64,000 bases of DNA from an uncultured Alphaproteobacteria bacterium (lineage in GTDB: Bacteria > Pseudomonadota > Alphaproteobacteria > Micropepsales > Micropepsaceae). Shown here in pieces: positions 12,904 to 22,905 of the stretch; the stretch's first letter is position 1, and each line of letters begins with the position of its first letter. The position numbers and the translations under genes were made by a program. Under the pieces are notes generated by a model. That model worked only from the letters and a program-made list of their open reading frames with translations. It was not told where the DNA came from and ran no database searches. The stretch is from positions 15,133 through 79,132 of the forward strand of contig CAVXUV010000021.1 of the NCBI GenBank assembly GCA_963765095.1, written 5' to 3'.

Positions 12904-13433
12904 TTACGGGCCCTGCGCAGGGACGTCAAACAACAGACGTGGCCTGATCGCCGCGATCACCGCTTTGTCCACGCCGGGCACGGATTCCAGGTCTTCGGCG
13001 CTGTCGAACCTGCGGTCATAACGGCGGCGCACAATATCCACGGCGGTTTTTTCGCTTACGCCCAGCACGGTGGAAATCTCGTCCTCGTCGGCGCGATTGA
13101 CATTGATGGTGGTGAGGCTCTTGCGGAAATAATCGTAGTATGCGGCCCCATTGCTCGTCGGTCGCCTTGGCGCCATTGGCGAACATGCGGCTGAAGACAT
13201 CCTGCCATTGCGGCCAGTTGCAGGCGTGGAGGTAATTGGCGGGACTGTGGCAGCTTGTACAGACCGGCTGGACGAATTTGTAATCCTCAGGGTCCAGCGA
13301 AGCGGCCCGGGCGTTCAGGGTGGCGATGTCGTCCTGGGCAAAGGCAGCGGATGCGGTGGCTGCGAGTCCGGCGGCTACCGAGCGCCGTGGCGGCGATACC
13401 GCAACGCAGGCACTTGGGAAGTTTTTCTCGCAT
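12904..13433 (-). CDS. Secreted cytochrome c (CxxCH) plus ComEA-like helix-hairpin-helix fusion (two frameshifts)
   Basis: Manual translation: MREKLPK...AAGLAATASAAFAQDD...VQPVCTSCHSPANYL...WQDVFSRMFANGAK, then INVNRADEDEISTVLGV...FDSAEDLESVPGVDK. Confidence 0.75.
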
Positions 13434-13568
13434 GGGCTGCTTTTGGTTTAGGCGGTCATTGCAATAATCGAAAATGAAAGATGCCGGCCGGCGTTGCCCA
13501 AAGCGTCGTAATCGCCGCCCGTTCCGCCAGCGCGACATTTCAGGCGGATCGATGCCAGGCTTGGCGAC

Positions 13569-14574
13569 CTAAATCCGCCCCAGCCGGACGCGTTGTTGGC
13601 GCAGCGTCTTTTCGATCTCGGCCTTGCGCGCGTCGGAGAGATCGACGAAGGGCGGGCGCTGGAAGCTGGCGGGCTTTCCCATTTCCGCCGTCATCGCATA
13701 TTGCATGATTCCATATTGATCCAGGCCGTCCTTGGGTCCGTAAAGTTCGGCGATCTTGGCCTGCAACGCCGCGTAAGGCCCGTGAATGTCCTTGCCCGAA
13801 CGCGCCACCGCGAACAGGTCGGCCAGCTCGCGGAATAAGGGCCCGCCTCTTGAATAATGCCGCCCATGCCGTGGTTCAGCGCAATCTCCAGATTCTTCCG
13901 TAGGTGCCGGTGATGATGCTGAGGTCCGGGAAATTGGTGACGAAATTGGTGTAGCCCTTGGCATCGGTGGTGGAGTCCTTGAGGCCCGCCACATTGCCAT
14001 AGCGCCGAAGCTGCTTGACCAGTTCCACAGGGATCGGCACGGCGCTCCAGCGCGGCACATGGTAGAGATAGAAGCTCAAATTTTTGGGCAGTCCGTCCAG
14101 CACCATGGTGTAGTAGCGCAGCATGCCTTCCGTAGAGATGCCTTTGACGTAATAGGGCGGCGACACGATCACGCCATCGGCACCATGATCGGCGGCGTGT
14201 TTGCAAAGCTCGATCGTGTCGGGGACATTCGCGGTGCTGGCCGTGCAGAGCACATTCAGATTGCCTTTGGCTTTGCCCACCACTTCCATCAGCGCTTTGT
14301 GCTCGGCCATGGTGAAGGCGGTGAATTCGCCGGTCGAACCCAGGAATGTCATGCCGTCGGCGCCGTGGCTGTTGTACCATTCGACCTGTTCGCGCATTGC
14401 GCCCAGATCCACTTTCAAATTCTTGTCGCAGGGCGTGGTGGCGGCAGCCCAGAGCTTCATTTTCGAAGAGGGCATTTTCGAGGAGGGCGCCGCTTTCGCC
14501 GCAGCGAACGCCACGCTGGCGCCAGCGATCGCGCCGCCGATCATGCCGATGGTTTCTCTGCGAGTGGTTTGCAT
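13569..14574 (-). CDS. Dihydrodipicolinate synthase/N-acetylneuraminate lyase family protein with a twin-arginine-like signal (frameshifted)
   Basis: LGSTGEF, YLYHVP, VAGLKDS (Schiff-base Lys); N-terminus MQTTRRETIGMIGGAIAGASVAFAA. Confidence 0.85.
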
Positions 14575-14643
14575 CTGTTTCCCCCGGTTCGTTCAACTCT
14601 ACTGCTTCCCAGGCCGTCATGCACGGAGATGCCTTGTGCGTTT

Positions 14644-15369
14644 CTAGCTATCGCGAAGCGCCTTCTGATGGGCCTCCGCAAGCTCCGCCAGTGAGTTGAA
14701 TTTAAAGTCGATTTTGGGTCTTTGCCCGGGGTCCATCGCGGCGCCGAATACCCTCCTGGGCATGGCGGCGATGGATCCAGCAATTTGTGATCCCGTGCCG
14801 GCGCGCCGGCACATGATCGTGAAACAGACTTTCCGCAGTGTGAAGTAGGTCGCCCTTGGTCAGGCCCAGATCACCGACATGCTCCAGCATGTACGCGAAA
14901 TTGCGGTCGTCAGGTTTGTAGGAACCGATATCTTCGGCGGTGTAGATCGCGTCGAATTCGACGCCGAGCGCATTGTTGCTGAAGCTGAAGCTTCGGTTGT
15001 CAACGTTGGACAATATGATGAGTTTATAGAATTTCTTCAGATATTGCAGCGCGCCGGGCGAATCCGCGAAAGCAGGCCAGTAACGGATCGACTGTCCATA
15101 TTCCTCGCATTCGTCAATGCCTACCGTGACGCCCCATTCCTCGGCCAATCGCTTGTAGACCACTGACAGAAGATCGCTGTAGCGCTTTGTCGGCGTTTGA
15201 CGCTGCTGTGCGATTCGTGCCGCGCATGCGCTTCCAGAATCAGGTCCCGCATAAGCTTGCGCTTGCTTTTTCCGACCAACCGGTTCAGCGCCTGCATCAT
15301 GCCGGCTTCCCAGTCGATCAACGTCCCATAGCAATCGAATGTCAGCGCCTTAAAATCGGTTAAGCGCAT
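14644..15369 (-). CDS. Haloacid dehalogenase type II family protein (frameshifted)
   Basis: KALTFDCYGTLIDWE; ILSNVD; SYKP; LHTAESLFHDHVPA. Confidence 0.88.
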
Positions 15370-15512
15370 CACGAACCTCTCGCCTTGAGTTTACGGATCG
15401 CGTCGATCTCCGCCCAGGGTCGTAAGCGGTCATCGCAATATTCGAGAATGAAACAGGCCGACCCGGTGTTGCCAGAAGCGTCACCTGATCGGCCTGTTCT
15501 TATACGTCTACG

Positions 15513-15541
15513 TCCCGGTTGAAACCGGGGCTTTTCTTTTG
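15513..15541. terminator. Terminator-like hairpin downstream of the BI-1 gene
   Basis: CCCGGTT-GA-AACCGGG next to a T-rich run. Confidence 0.45.
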
Positions 15542-15550
15542 CGGACGGAT

Positions 15551-16300
15551 TTAGCGCCTCGAATTTCCCATGAACCGCAAGAGGAAGAGGAACAAATTGA
15601 TGAAGTCGAGATAGAGGCGCAACGCCCCCATGATCGCCTTCTTGCCCATTACCTCGCCGTCATCGCCCACGTAATACATGTTCTTGATGCTCTGGCTGTC
15701 ATAGGCGGTGAGGCCCGTGAAGATCAGCACGCCCAGAACCGAGACTACGAATTGCAGCTGGGTGGAGTGGAAGAACAGGTTGGCCAGCGAGGCCAAGATC
15801 AGCCCGACCAGACCCATGAACAGGAACGAGCCGAAGCCGGTTAAATCGCGGCTGGTGGTATAGCCCCACAGGCTCATGGCGCCAAAGGTGGCCGCGGTGA
15901 CAAAGAAGGTCATCGCGATCGACGTGCCGGTGTAGATGAACAGGATGGTGGCCAGCGAAACGCCCATCACCGCAGCGTAGGCCCAGAATGTCATCTGGGC
16001 GGCGGCGAAGCTCATCTTCTGGATGCGGAAGGAGAAGAACAGCACCATCGCCAGCGGCGCGAAGACGGCAATCCAGCCCAGAATATTGGGCTGCAGCATC
16101 ACGCCATTCACGGTCTGAACCTGATTGTAGAAAACCTGGGAGAGGGGGGTATCGGCGGTCAGCCACGCCACGGCGCCAGTCAGGCCCAGGCCCACCAGCA
16201 TGTAATTATAGACTCGAAGCATATAGGCGCGCAGGCCGGCATCCACCGCCGCAACGCCGGCTGTCGCACTGCGCGCCAGCCTATTGTCATAGTCCGCCAT
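15551..16300 (-). CDS. Bax inhibitor-1/YccA family membrane protein
   Basis: DAGLRAYMLRVYNYM...GLTAYD...GALRLYLDFINLF. Confidence 0.95.
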   Translation of the reverse strand: MADYDNRLARSATAGVAAVDAGLRAYMLRVYNYMLVGLGLTGAVAWLTADTPLSQVFYNQVQTVNGVMLQPNILGWIAVFAPLAMVLFFSFRIQKMSFAAAQMTFWAYAAVMGVSLATILFIYTGTSIAMTFFVTAATFGAMSLWGYTTSRDLTGFGSFLFMGLVGLILASLANLFFHSTQLQFVVSVLGVLIFTGLTAYDSQSIKNMYYVGDDGEVMGKKAIMGALRLYLDFINLFLFLLRFMGNSRR

Positions 16301-16417
16301 GAAACACTCCCTTTAGGCTTCCATTATATCGTGATTTGCAACGGGAGTATCAAGCGCCAGGCCAAATAAAGACATGGGCCTAACTTGCGGATTTCGAAGG
16401 GTTAATCTCCTGTCACA

Positions 16418-18952
16418 TCAGGCGTTTCTGAGCCGGGCGGCGGGCCGGGCGTTGAGAGCGGTAATCGCGCCCAGAAGCCCGAACAACAGGGTAGCCGCCC
16501 CTCCGCCCACCACGGTCCAGAGCACGGCGCTGCCGTCGAAGACGAAGGGCGCATCCAGCAACTGCCGGGCGATCACTCGCGCCGCCAGGGTTCCCGCGAC
16601 AAGTGCGATAATGCCGGTGGCGATGCCCAGCAAGCCATATTCCATCACATAGACCAGCCCGATTTGGATCTCGCGTGGCACCCACGACCTTGAGCACGGT
16701 GGCGTCATAGAGTTTGGTGCGCGCGCCCGCGGCGATGGTGCCCGCCAGCACCAACAAGCCTGCCAGGATGGTGACAAGGCTGGCGATGCGGATGCCTTGC
16801 GCCAATTGCTGAAGCAGCGTGTCCACCTGGGCGATGGCGTCCTTCACCCGCACGGTGGAGATGTTGGGGAACTTGTCCGTCACTGCCAGGTACATGCGGT
16901 TTTCGTCCAGGCCGTTGATCTTGACGGTGGCAAGGAAGGAATGGGGCGCCTTGTCGATCAGCCCGGGGGACAGCACCAGCACGAAATTCTGCCCGCCGGT
17001 GGAGAAATCCACTTTGCGCAGATTGGCGATGCGGCCGCCGATCTCGCGGCCCAGCACATTCAGGCTTATGGGATCGCCGATCTTGAGACCGGTGCCTTTG
17101 GCCACTTCCGCATCCAGCGAGATCAGAGTGGGCCCGTCATAATTGGCGGGCCACCATTTGCCGTCTGTGATGATGGTGCCTTTGGGCGGCGTCGCCGCGT
17201 AGGTGATGCCGCGGTCGCCCGAGAGCGCCCATTTCACGTCGCTGGAGACCTTGGCTTTGGCCGATGGCACGCCGTTGAGCGAGGTGATGCGGCCCCGGAT
17301 CATGGGGGTGCGTTTGTAATCCTGCGCCGCCTTGAAGGATTGGATGGTCTGGTCGAACGCCTGTACCTGATCGGGCTGGATATCGACAAAGAAGAAGCTG
17401 GGGGCGCGGCTGGGAAGCGAGTCGTTCACTTCCTGCGCCATGGTACGGTCGATCAGGATCACGGTGGCGAGCAAGGTGAGGCCCAGCCCCAAGGCGGTTA
17501 TCACACCGGGGGTGGCCGCACCCGGGCGGATGAGATCGCCAACTGCCAGACGCGCCAGCGGCGAACGCGGCCTGGGCAATTTGCGCAAGCCCCGCGTCAG
17601 ACCTTCCGCCAGCAGGCGCAACAGACCGAGCAATATGAGCGCGCCGCCCAGGAATTCCCCGGCGTAAAGCGGCGAAGGCGCCAGCCCCAACATCAATCCC
17701 GCCACACCCAGGCCGGACAGCGCTGCCACGACGATGTAAATCATGCGCGGACGCGTGCGTCCGGGCGCCACGGTTTCGCGCAACAGGCTGGCGGACGGTA
17801 TCTCGCGGGCGCGGCCCAAAGGCGGCACCGAGAAAGCGATGGCCGACAGCAGCCCGAAACCTGCCGCCAACAGCAGCGGGCCGGGATATATGCCCAGCGC
17901 GGGCGGCAGCGGCAGCACCGAGCCGTAGAAGTACGCGAGCAGGAAGGGCGCAGTCGCGCCGATGGTCGCGCCCAATATCAATGCACCCAAGGCAATCGCC
18001 ATCACCTGCAGGAAGAACACCATGAACACCAGCGGGCCGTCCGCGCCCAGGGCCTTGAGGATGGCGATATCGAAACGCTTGCGGTCCAGGAACGCGGTCA
18101 CCGCCTCGCTGGCGCCCACGCCACCTACGCCCAGCGCCGTCAATCCCACCAAGGTGAGGAACATCGAGACCTGTTCGACAAAGCGGCGGATGCCGGGCGC
18201 GGCGTCGTTGCGGTCATGAATCTGCCAACCCGCGTCGGGGAAGGCGGCGGTAGCGTCGGCCTTGAAGCCCGGTATGGTGATGCCGGGTTTGAACGCCACG
18301 CGATAGGAATAATCGATCAGGCTGCCCGGCTGGATCAGGCCGGTGGCGGGAAGCGCTCGCGACGAGATCAGCAAATGCGGCCCCAGCGAGAAGCCGGTCG
18401 AGATGCGGTCGGGTTCTTTGTCCAACGCGGCGATGATGCGGAAAGTGGCGCCGCCCACCTTAATCAGGTCGCCGCGCTTCACATGGAGACGATCGAGAAG
18501 GTCTGTTCCGCCGCCGCGCCGCAGATGCCGTCTTCTTCGCAATGGATGACGTCGGCCAGACTGATGTTGGGCATGAAACTGGGCGCGCCGAACAGGGGCC
18601 AATGATCGTCCACCGATTTCAATTCGACCAGATCGCGTTCGGCCTGCTTGCCGTCGCGCAGCGCATAGGCCATGGCGCGCATGGAGGTGGTGGCAGCAAC
18701 CCTGCCATAACGGGCAAGGAACGCGCGCTCGTCCGGTGTGGCGGGACGGTGCACCAGATTGACGGCGACATCGCCCCCCAGAAAGACCTGGCCGGAATCG
18801 CGCAAGCCGGTGAGGAAGGCATCGCTCAGCGATTCGACCCCGGCGATCGCCGCGGTGCCCAAGAGCAGGCAAAGGAAGAAAATGCGAAAGCCCTTGAGCC
18901 CCCCGCGCAGTTCGCGCCGCGCCATCCGCCACGCCAGCCCGAGATTGCTCAT
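16418..18952 (-). CDS. YbbP-like FtsX-type ABC permease (frameshifted)
   Basis: LAWRMARRELRGGLKGFRIF; IAILKALGA; PSFFFVDIQPDQ; ATVLKVVGA. Confidence 0.9.
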
Positions 18953-18960
18953 GCCGAGAA

Positions 18961-19689
18961 TCATGGGACGCACGGTCTCGTCGGTCAGGATATGGCCGCT
19001 TTCCAGCCGCACAATTCGACCGCAACGCCGGGCCAGGCTTTCTTCATGGGTGACCAGAAACAGCGTGGCGCCGCGCTCGGCATTGAGCGCGAAAAGAAGA
19101 TTGGCGATAGCCTCGCCATTCTCGCTGTCCAGATTACCGGTGGGTTCGTCGGCGAACAAATCTGCGGCCGGGGCGCCATGGCGCGGGCCAGCGCCACGCG
19201 CTGCTGCTCGCCGCCCGACAATTGACCGGGATAATGTTCACCGCGTTCCGCCAGACCCACAGCTTTCAATTCCTGCGCGGCGCGGTCCCAGGCATTGTCC
19301 ACGCCCATCAGTTCCAGCGGCACGGCGACATTCTCCAATGCCGTCATGGTGGGGATGAGATGGAAAGACTGGAACACGATTCCGACCCGTCCGCGGCGGA
19401 AGCGGGCGGCGGCATCTTCACCCATTCCGGTAATGTCGGTACCGGCCACGACGATGCGTCCGGCACTGGGCCGCTCCAGGCCCGCCGCCACCATCAGAAG
19501 GGACGATTTGCCGGAGCCGGAGGGACCGGTGAGGGCGACCGTCTCGCCCGCGGACACCGTAAGCGACACGCCATGCAGGATATTGACGGGACCCGCCGCA
19601 CTCGACAGCGTCAGCGCCACATTGCTCAGCGATATGGCTGGCAAATTGCCTGGTAAATTGTTTGGGAAACGGGAAGGCTGCATCTGCAT
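18961..19689 (-). CDS. YbbA-like ABC ATP-binding protein (frameshifted)
   Basis: GPSGSGKSS; QLSGGEQQRVALARA; FADEPTGNLD; LVTH. Confidence 0.92.
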
Positions 19690-19727
19690 ATCGAGGCCTG
19701 GATAGGATAATGTGGCAAGTGGCAATC

Positions 19728-20390
19728 ATGAACCGCCAATTCAAGCTCATTAGCATAGGCCAGATAGGAATAGCATTGGTGCTTTGGCTGGCTTTCTTTG
19801 CCAATTCCGCGCTCAGTCCCGCTTGGGCGCGTCCCATCAAGATACTGGCCTTGGGTTCCAGCCTCACCCAGGGCTATGGCCTGCCGCCCGGAACCGAATT
19901 CACCACCCAATTGCAACAGGCGTTGAAGGCGCAGGGGATCGACGCGGAGGTGGTCAATGCCGGTGTCTCCGGCGATACCAGCGCCGATGGGCTCTCGCGG
20001 CTGGACTGGTCACTGGCCGATCACCCCGACGCGGCGATCGTGGAGCTGGGTTCCAATGACATGTTGCGCGGTACATCCCCGGCCGAGACCGAGAAGAATT
20101 TACGCGCCATTCTCGCCACCTTTCAGAAGGACCACATTCCCGTCCTCCTCACCGGCATGCAAGCCCAGCGCAATCTGGGTCCCGAATATGTGGCGCAGTT
20201 CGACGCGATCTACCCCAAACTGGCCAGGGAATTTCCCGTGATCTTCTATCCTTTTTTCCTGGACGGCGTGGCGCTCAATCCCAAACTCAACCAGGCCGAC
20301 GGGCTTCATCCCAATCCGGCGGGCGTCAAGATCATCGTCGCGCGCATGCTGCCAGACGTGAAAAAGCTGATCGCCAAGGTCCATAGTTGA
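19728..20390 (+). CDS. tesA: Arylesterase/acyl-CoA thioesterase I (SGNH hydrolase)
   Basis: ILALGSSLTQGYG; NAGVSGDT; ELGSND; DGLHPN; divergent from the ybbA-like gene as usual. Confidence 0.9.
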   Translation: MNRQFKLISIGQIGIALVLWLAFFANSALSPAWARPIKILALGSSLTQGYGLPPGTEFTTQLQQALKAQGIDAEVVNAGVSGDTSADGLSRLDWSLADHPDAAIVELGSNDMLRGTSPAETEKNLRAILATFQKDHIPVLLTGMQAQRNLGPEYVAQFDAIYPKLAREFPVIFYPFFLDGVALNPKLNQADGLHPNPAGVKIIVARMLPDVKKLIAKVHS

Positions 20391-21906
20391 TGTGGCGGCG
20401 GCTGCTATCGGTGAGCGGATTCACGCTTCTGTCCCGCATCACCGGGTTTCTACGTGACGCGGCGCTAGCTTGGACAATGGGCAGCGGAATTCTTTCTGAC
20501 GCTTTTTTTGTCGCCTTCATCTTTCCCAACAATTTTCGCACGATCTTCGGCGAAGGTGCGATCAATCCAGCCTTCCTGCCTCGCTATGCGGCGCTTAGGG
20601 CACGGGGGGAGGACGCGGCGGCAGCCAAATTCGCTGACAATATCTTCTCCTGGCAGATGGCGGCGCAGATCGTACTTTTGATTTTGGCGACGATTTTTAT
20701 GCCTGCGATCATTCATGTATTGGCGCCGGGCTTTGCGGACAATCCGCGGCAGTTCGCGCTGACGGTGTCGCTGGCGCGTATCACCTTTCCTTACCTGATC
20801 TTGACCCTAGTCGCGATCCAGCTTTCCGCGATGCTGAACGCAATCGAGAAATTCTGGGCGGCGGCGGCTTGGTCGAATTTCCAGAACCTCGCCATGATTG
20901 CGACCTTGCTTGCTTGGCACTGGTTTCCCAATGCGGCCTATGCGGCAGCCTGGGGCGTTTTAGCCGGGGGCGTCGCACAGTTGGTCTTCATTCTCTGGGC
21001 GGGTGCACGCGAAGGATTGTGGCTGCATGTCACGTGGCCGCGCTGGTCGCGGGAGACCGCGGAATTCTTCAAGGCGTTCGGCGCGGTCACCATTGGGGCC
21101 GCCACAATAGTGATTTCGCCTTTCATCGACACGATTCTTTCCAGCTTGCTTGCCACTGGCAGCCGTACCGCGCTGTATTATGCCGATCGCATCAACCAAT
21201 TGCCTCTCGGCGTGCTGGGCATAGCGCTGGGTACGGTGCTTGTTGCCGGAAATGTCCGCCCGGTTGGCAAAGGGCGACGCGAGCGGTTCGCATGCTGCGC
21301 AAATCGAGCTGCGGCCTTTGGTCTTGATTTCACTCTTCCCCTTCATGGTTTCCTTTATTGCCATTCCCGGTACGATCATGCGCGCGTATCTGGCCCATGG
21401 TGCATTCAACCGGTGGCGCCGCCTCGATAGGGCTGCGTTGGCGCTTGCGGCCTATGGCGTGGGTCTCCCAGCGATGGCCTTGGTTCGCTATCGTCCAATC
21501 CACATTCTATGCGCGTCATGATACCGCGACGCCAGTACGCCCACGCTCGCGGCCATGGTCTGCAATATTGTCCTAAAGATCGTCTTTGTTTGGGGGCTAG
21601 GTTTGGGAGTGGCTGGCCTGGCGCTCGGCACCGCGGTGCGGGGCTTGGATTAATGTGGGCTTGTTGACGTGGCTGGGCCGCAATCGCGATCTGCTTTCCA
21701 TTGAACGGCAATTTGTGCGGGCGTTACCGCCAGCGCTACTCGCGGCATTGGCGACTGGCCTGGGCGCCTGGATCGGCTCTTATCTCCTTAAAGCTCATGG
21801 CGATGTGGCGGCCCTCACCGCCGCCATCCTCTTCGCGGGCCTGTTCTACAGCGCAGTCATCTTCATGTTCCGAAGCCGCTTGCCGCTGGGCCGGCTGGCG
21901 CGATGA
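20390..21906 (+). CDS. murJ: MurJ/MviN-family flippase (frameshifted in its 3' half)
   Basis: [13 protein letters not shown]...DAFFVAF.FPN.FR.IFGEGA.N.AFLP; [13 protein letters not shown]. Confidence 0.88.
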
Positions 21907-22443
21907 GATTGTTCGTGGCCCTGTCGCTGCCGCAAGCGGTGGCGCAATCCATCATGCTGATTCAGGGCGGCGTGCCCGGCGCGCGCTGGCAGAGTCGCGA
22001 GCAGTTGCATATGACTTTGCGCTTCATCGGCGAAGTGCATGGCCGCGAGGCCGCCATGCTGGACGATGCGCTCTCGGGGATCGCGGCGCCGGGTTTCGCG
22101 CTTCAACTTCATGGCGTGGGCCAGTTTGGCAACAAACTAGCCGCATACGCTTTGGGCGGGGGCGCGGGCGAACGATGCGCTCACCCATCTGCAGCGCAAG
22201 GTGGACAATGCCATCCGCCGGGTGGGCCAGCCTCAAGACGCGCACAAATTCACCCCCCATGTCACGGTGGGGCGGATGCGGAATCCCGACAAGGGCAAGG
22301 TGATCGAATGGCTCACCCATCACGCGCTTTTCACCAGCCCCGAATTCCCCGTCGGCGCGTTTCATCTTTATTCCAGCCGCCTCACCAGCGACGGCAGTGT
22401 GTATGCCATCGAGGAGCGACTATCCTTTGGAGAGTACCCATGA
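21903..22443 (+). CDS. thpR: RNA 2',3'-cyclic phosphodiesterase (2H family, frameshifted)
   Basis: MRLFVAL; [11 protein letters not shown]; FTPHVTV (two HxT motifs). Confidence 0.9.
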
Positions 22444-22749
22444 CCAAATTACCGATTGACGAACTCAAGACCGCGCTCAAGCGCCTGCCGGACTGGTCGC
22501 TCGCCGAGGAAGCGGGAAGCGATCACCCGCAATTCCAGTTTGTGGATTTTGATGCCGCCTTCGCCTTCATGACGCGCGTGGCGCTGAAAGCAGCGGAGAT
22601 GGACCATCATCCCGAGTGGTTCAATGTCTACAACAGACTGGAGGTGACGCTCGCGACCCATGACGCCGGCGGCGTGACCGGCGAAGGATATCGAACTGGC
22701 GACGGCGATGGACGGCTATGCCGCGCTTATGTCGGGCGGATCAACCTGA
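22440..22749 (+). CDS. 4a-hydroxytetrahydrobiopterin dehydratase (frameshifted)
   Basis: [26 protein letters not shown]...THDAGGVT. Confidence 0.9.
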
Positions 22750-22899
22750 TACTCCAGCGATTGAGAGCCCGAGCAGATACGCTTCCGCCCAGCGGCGTGA
22801 GGATCACCGAAACCATGAACCACCAGAAGGGATGGCGAAGGATGAGTTTGGCGGCATAAGCGACGCCGAGCGACGCGAGAATCAGAAAAAGACCAGCAT
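22741..22899 (-). CDS. Possible small hydrophobic protein (about 52 aa, reconstructed across indels)
   Basis: ATG 6 nt after the acs stop; [34 protein letters not shown]. Confidence 0.35.
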
Positions 22900-22905
22900 T
22901 ATTTT

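Noticed and set aside
16301-16417. ybhL-type leader RNA upstream of the BI-1 gene
   Set aside because: The gap is short and I could not identify the structure; a cmscan would be needed
18479-19159. Apparent in-frame fusion of the YbbA-like ATPase C-terminus to the YbbP-like permease (DETVRPMILGMSN)
   Set aside because: Removing one C from CGTCCCATGA gives the usual stop/start overlap; likely a homopolymer error
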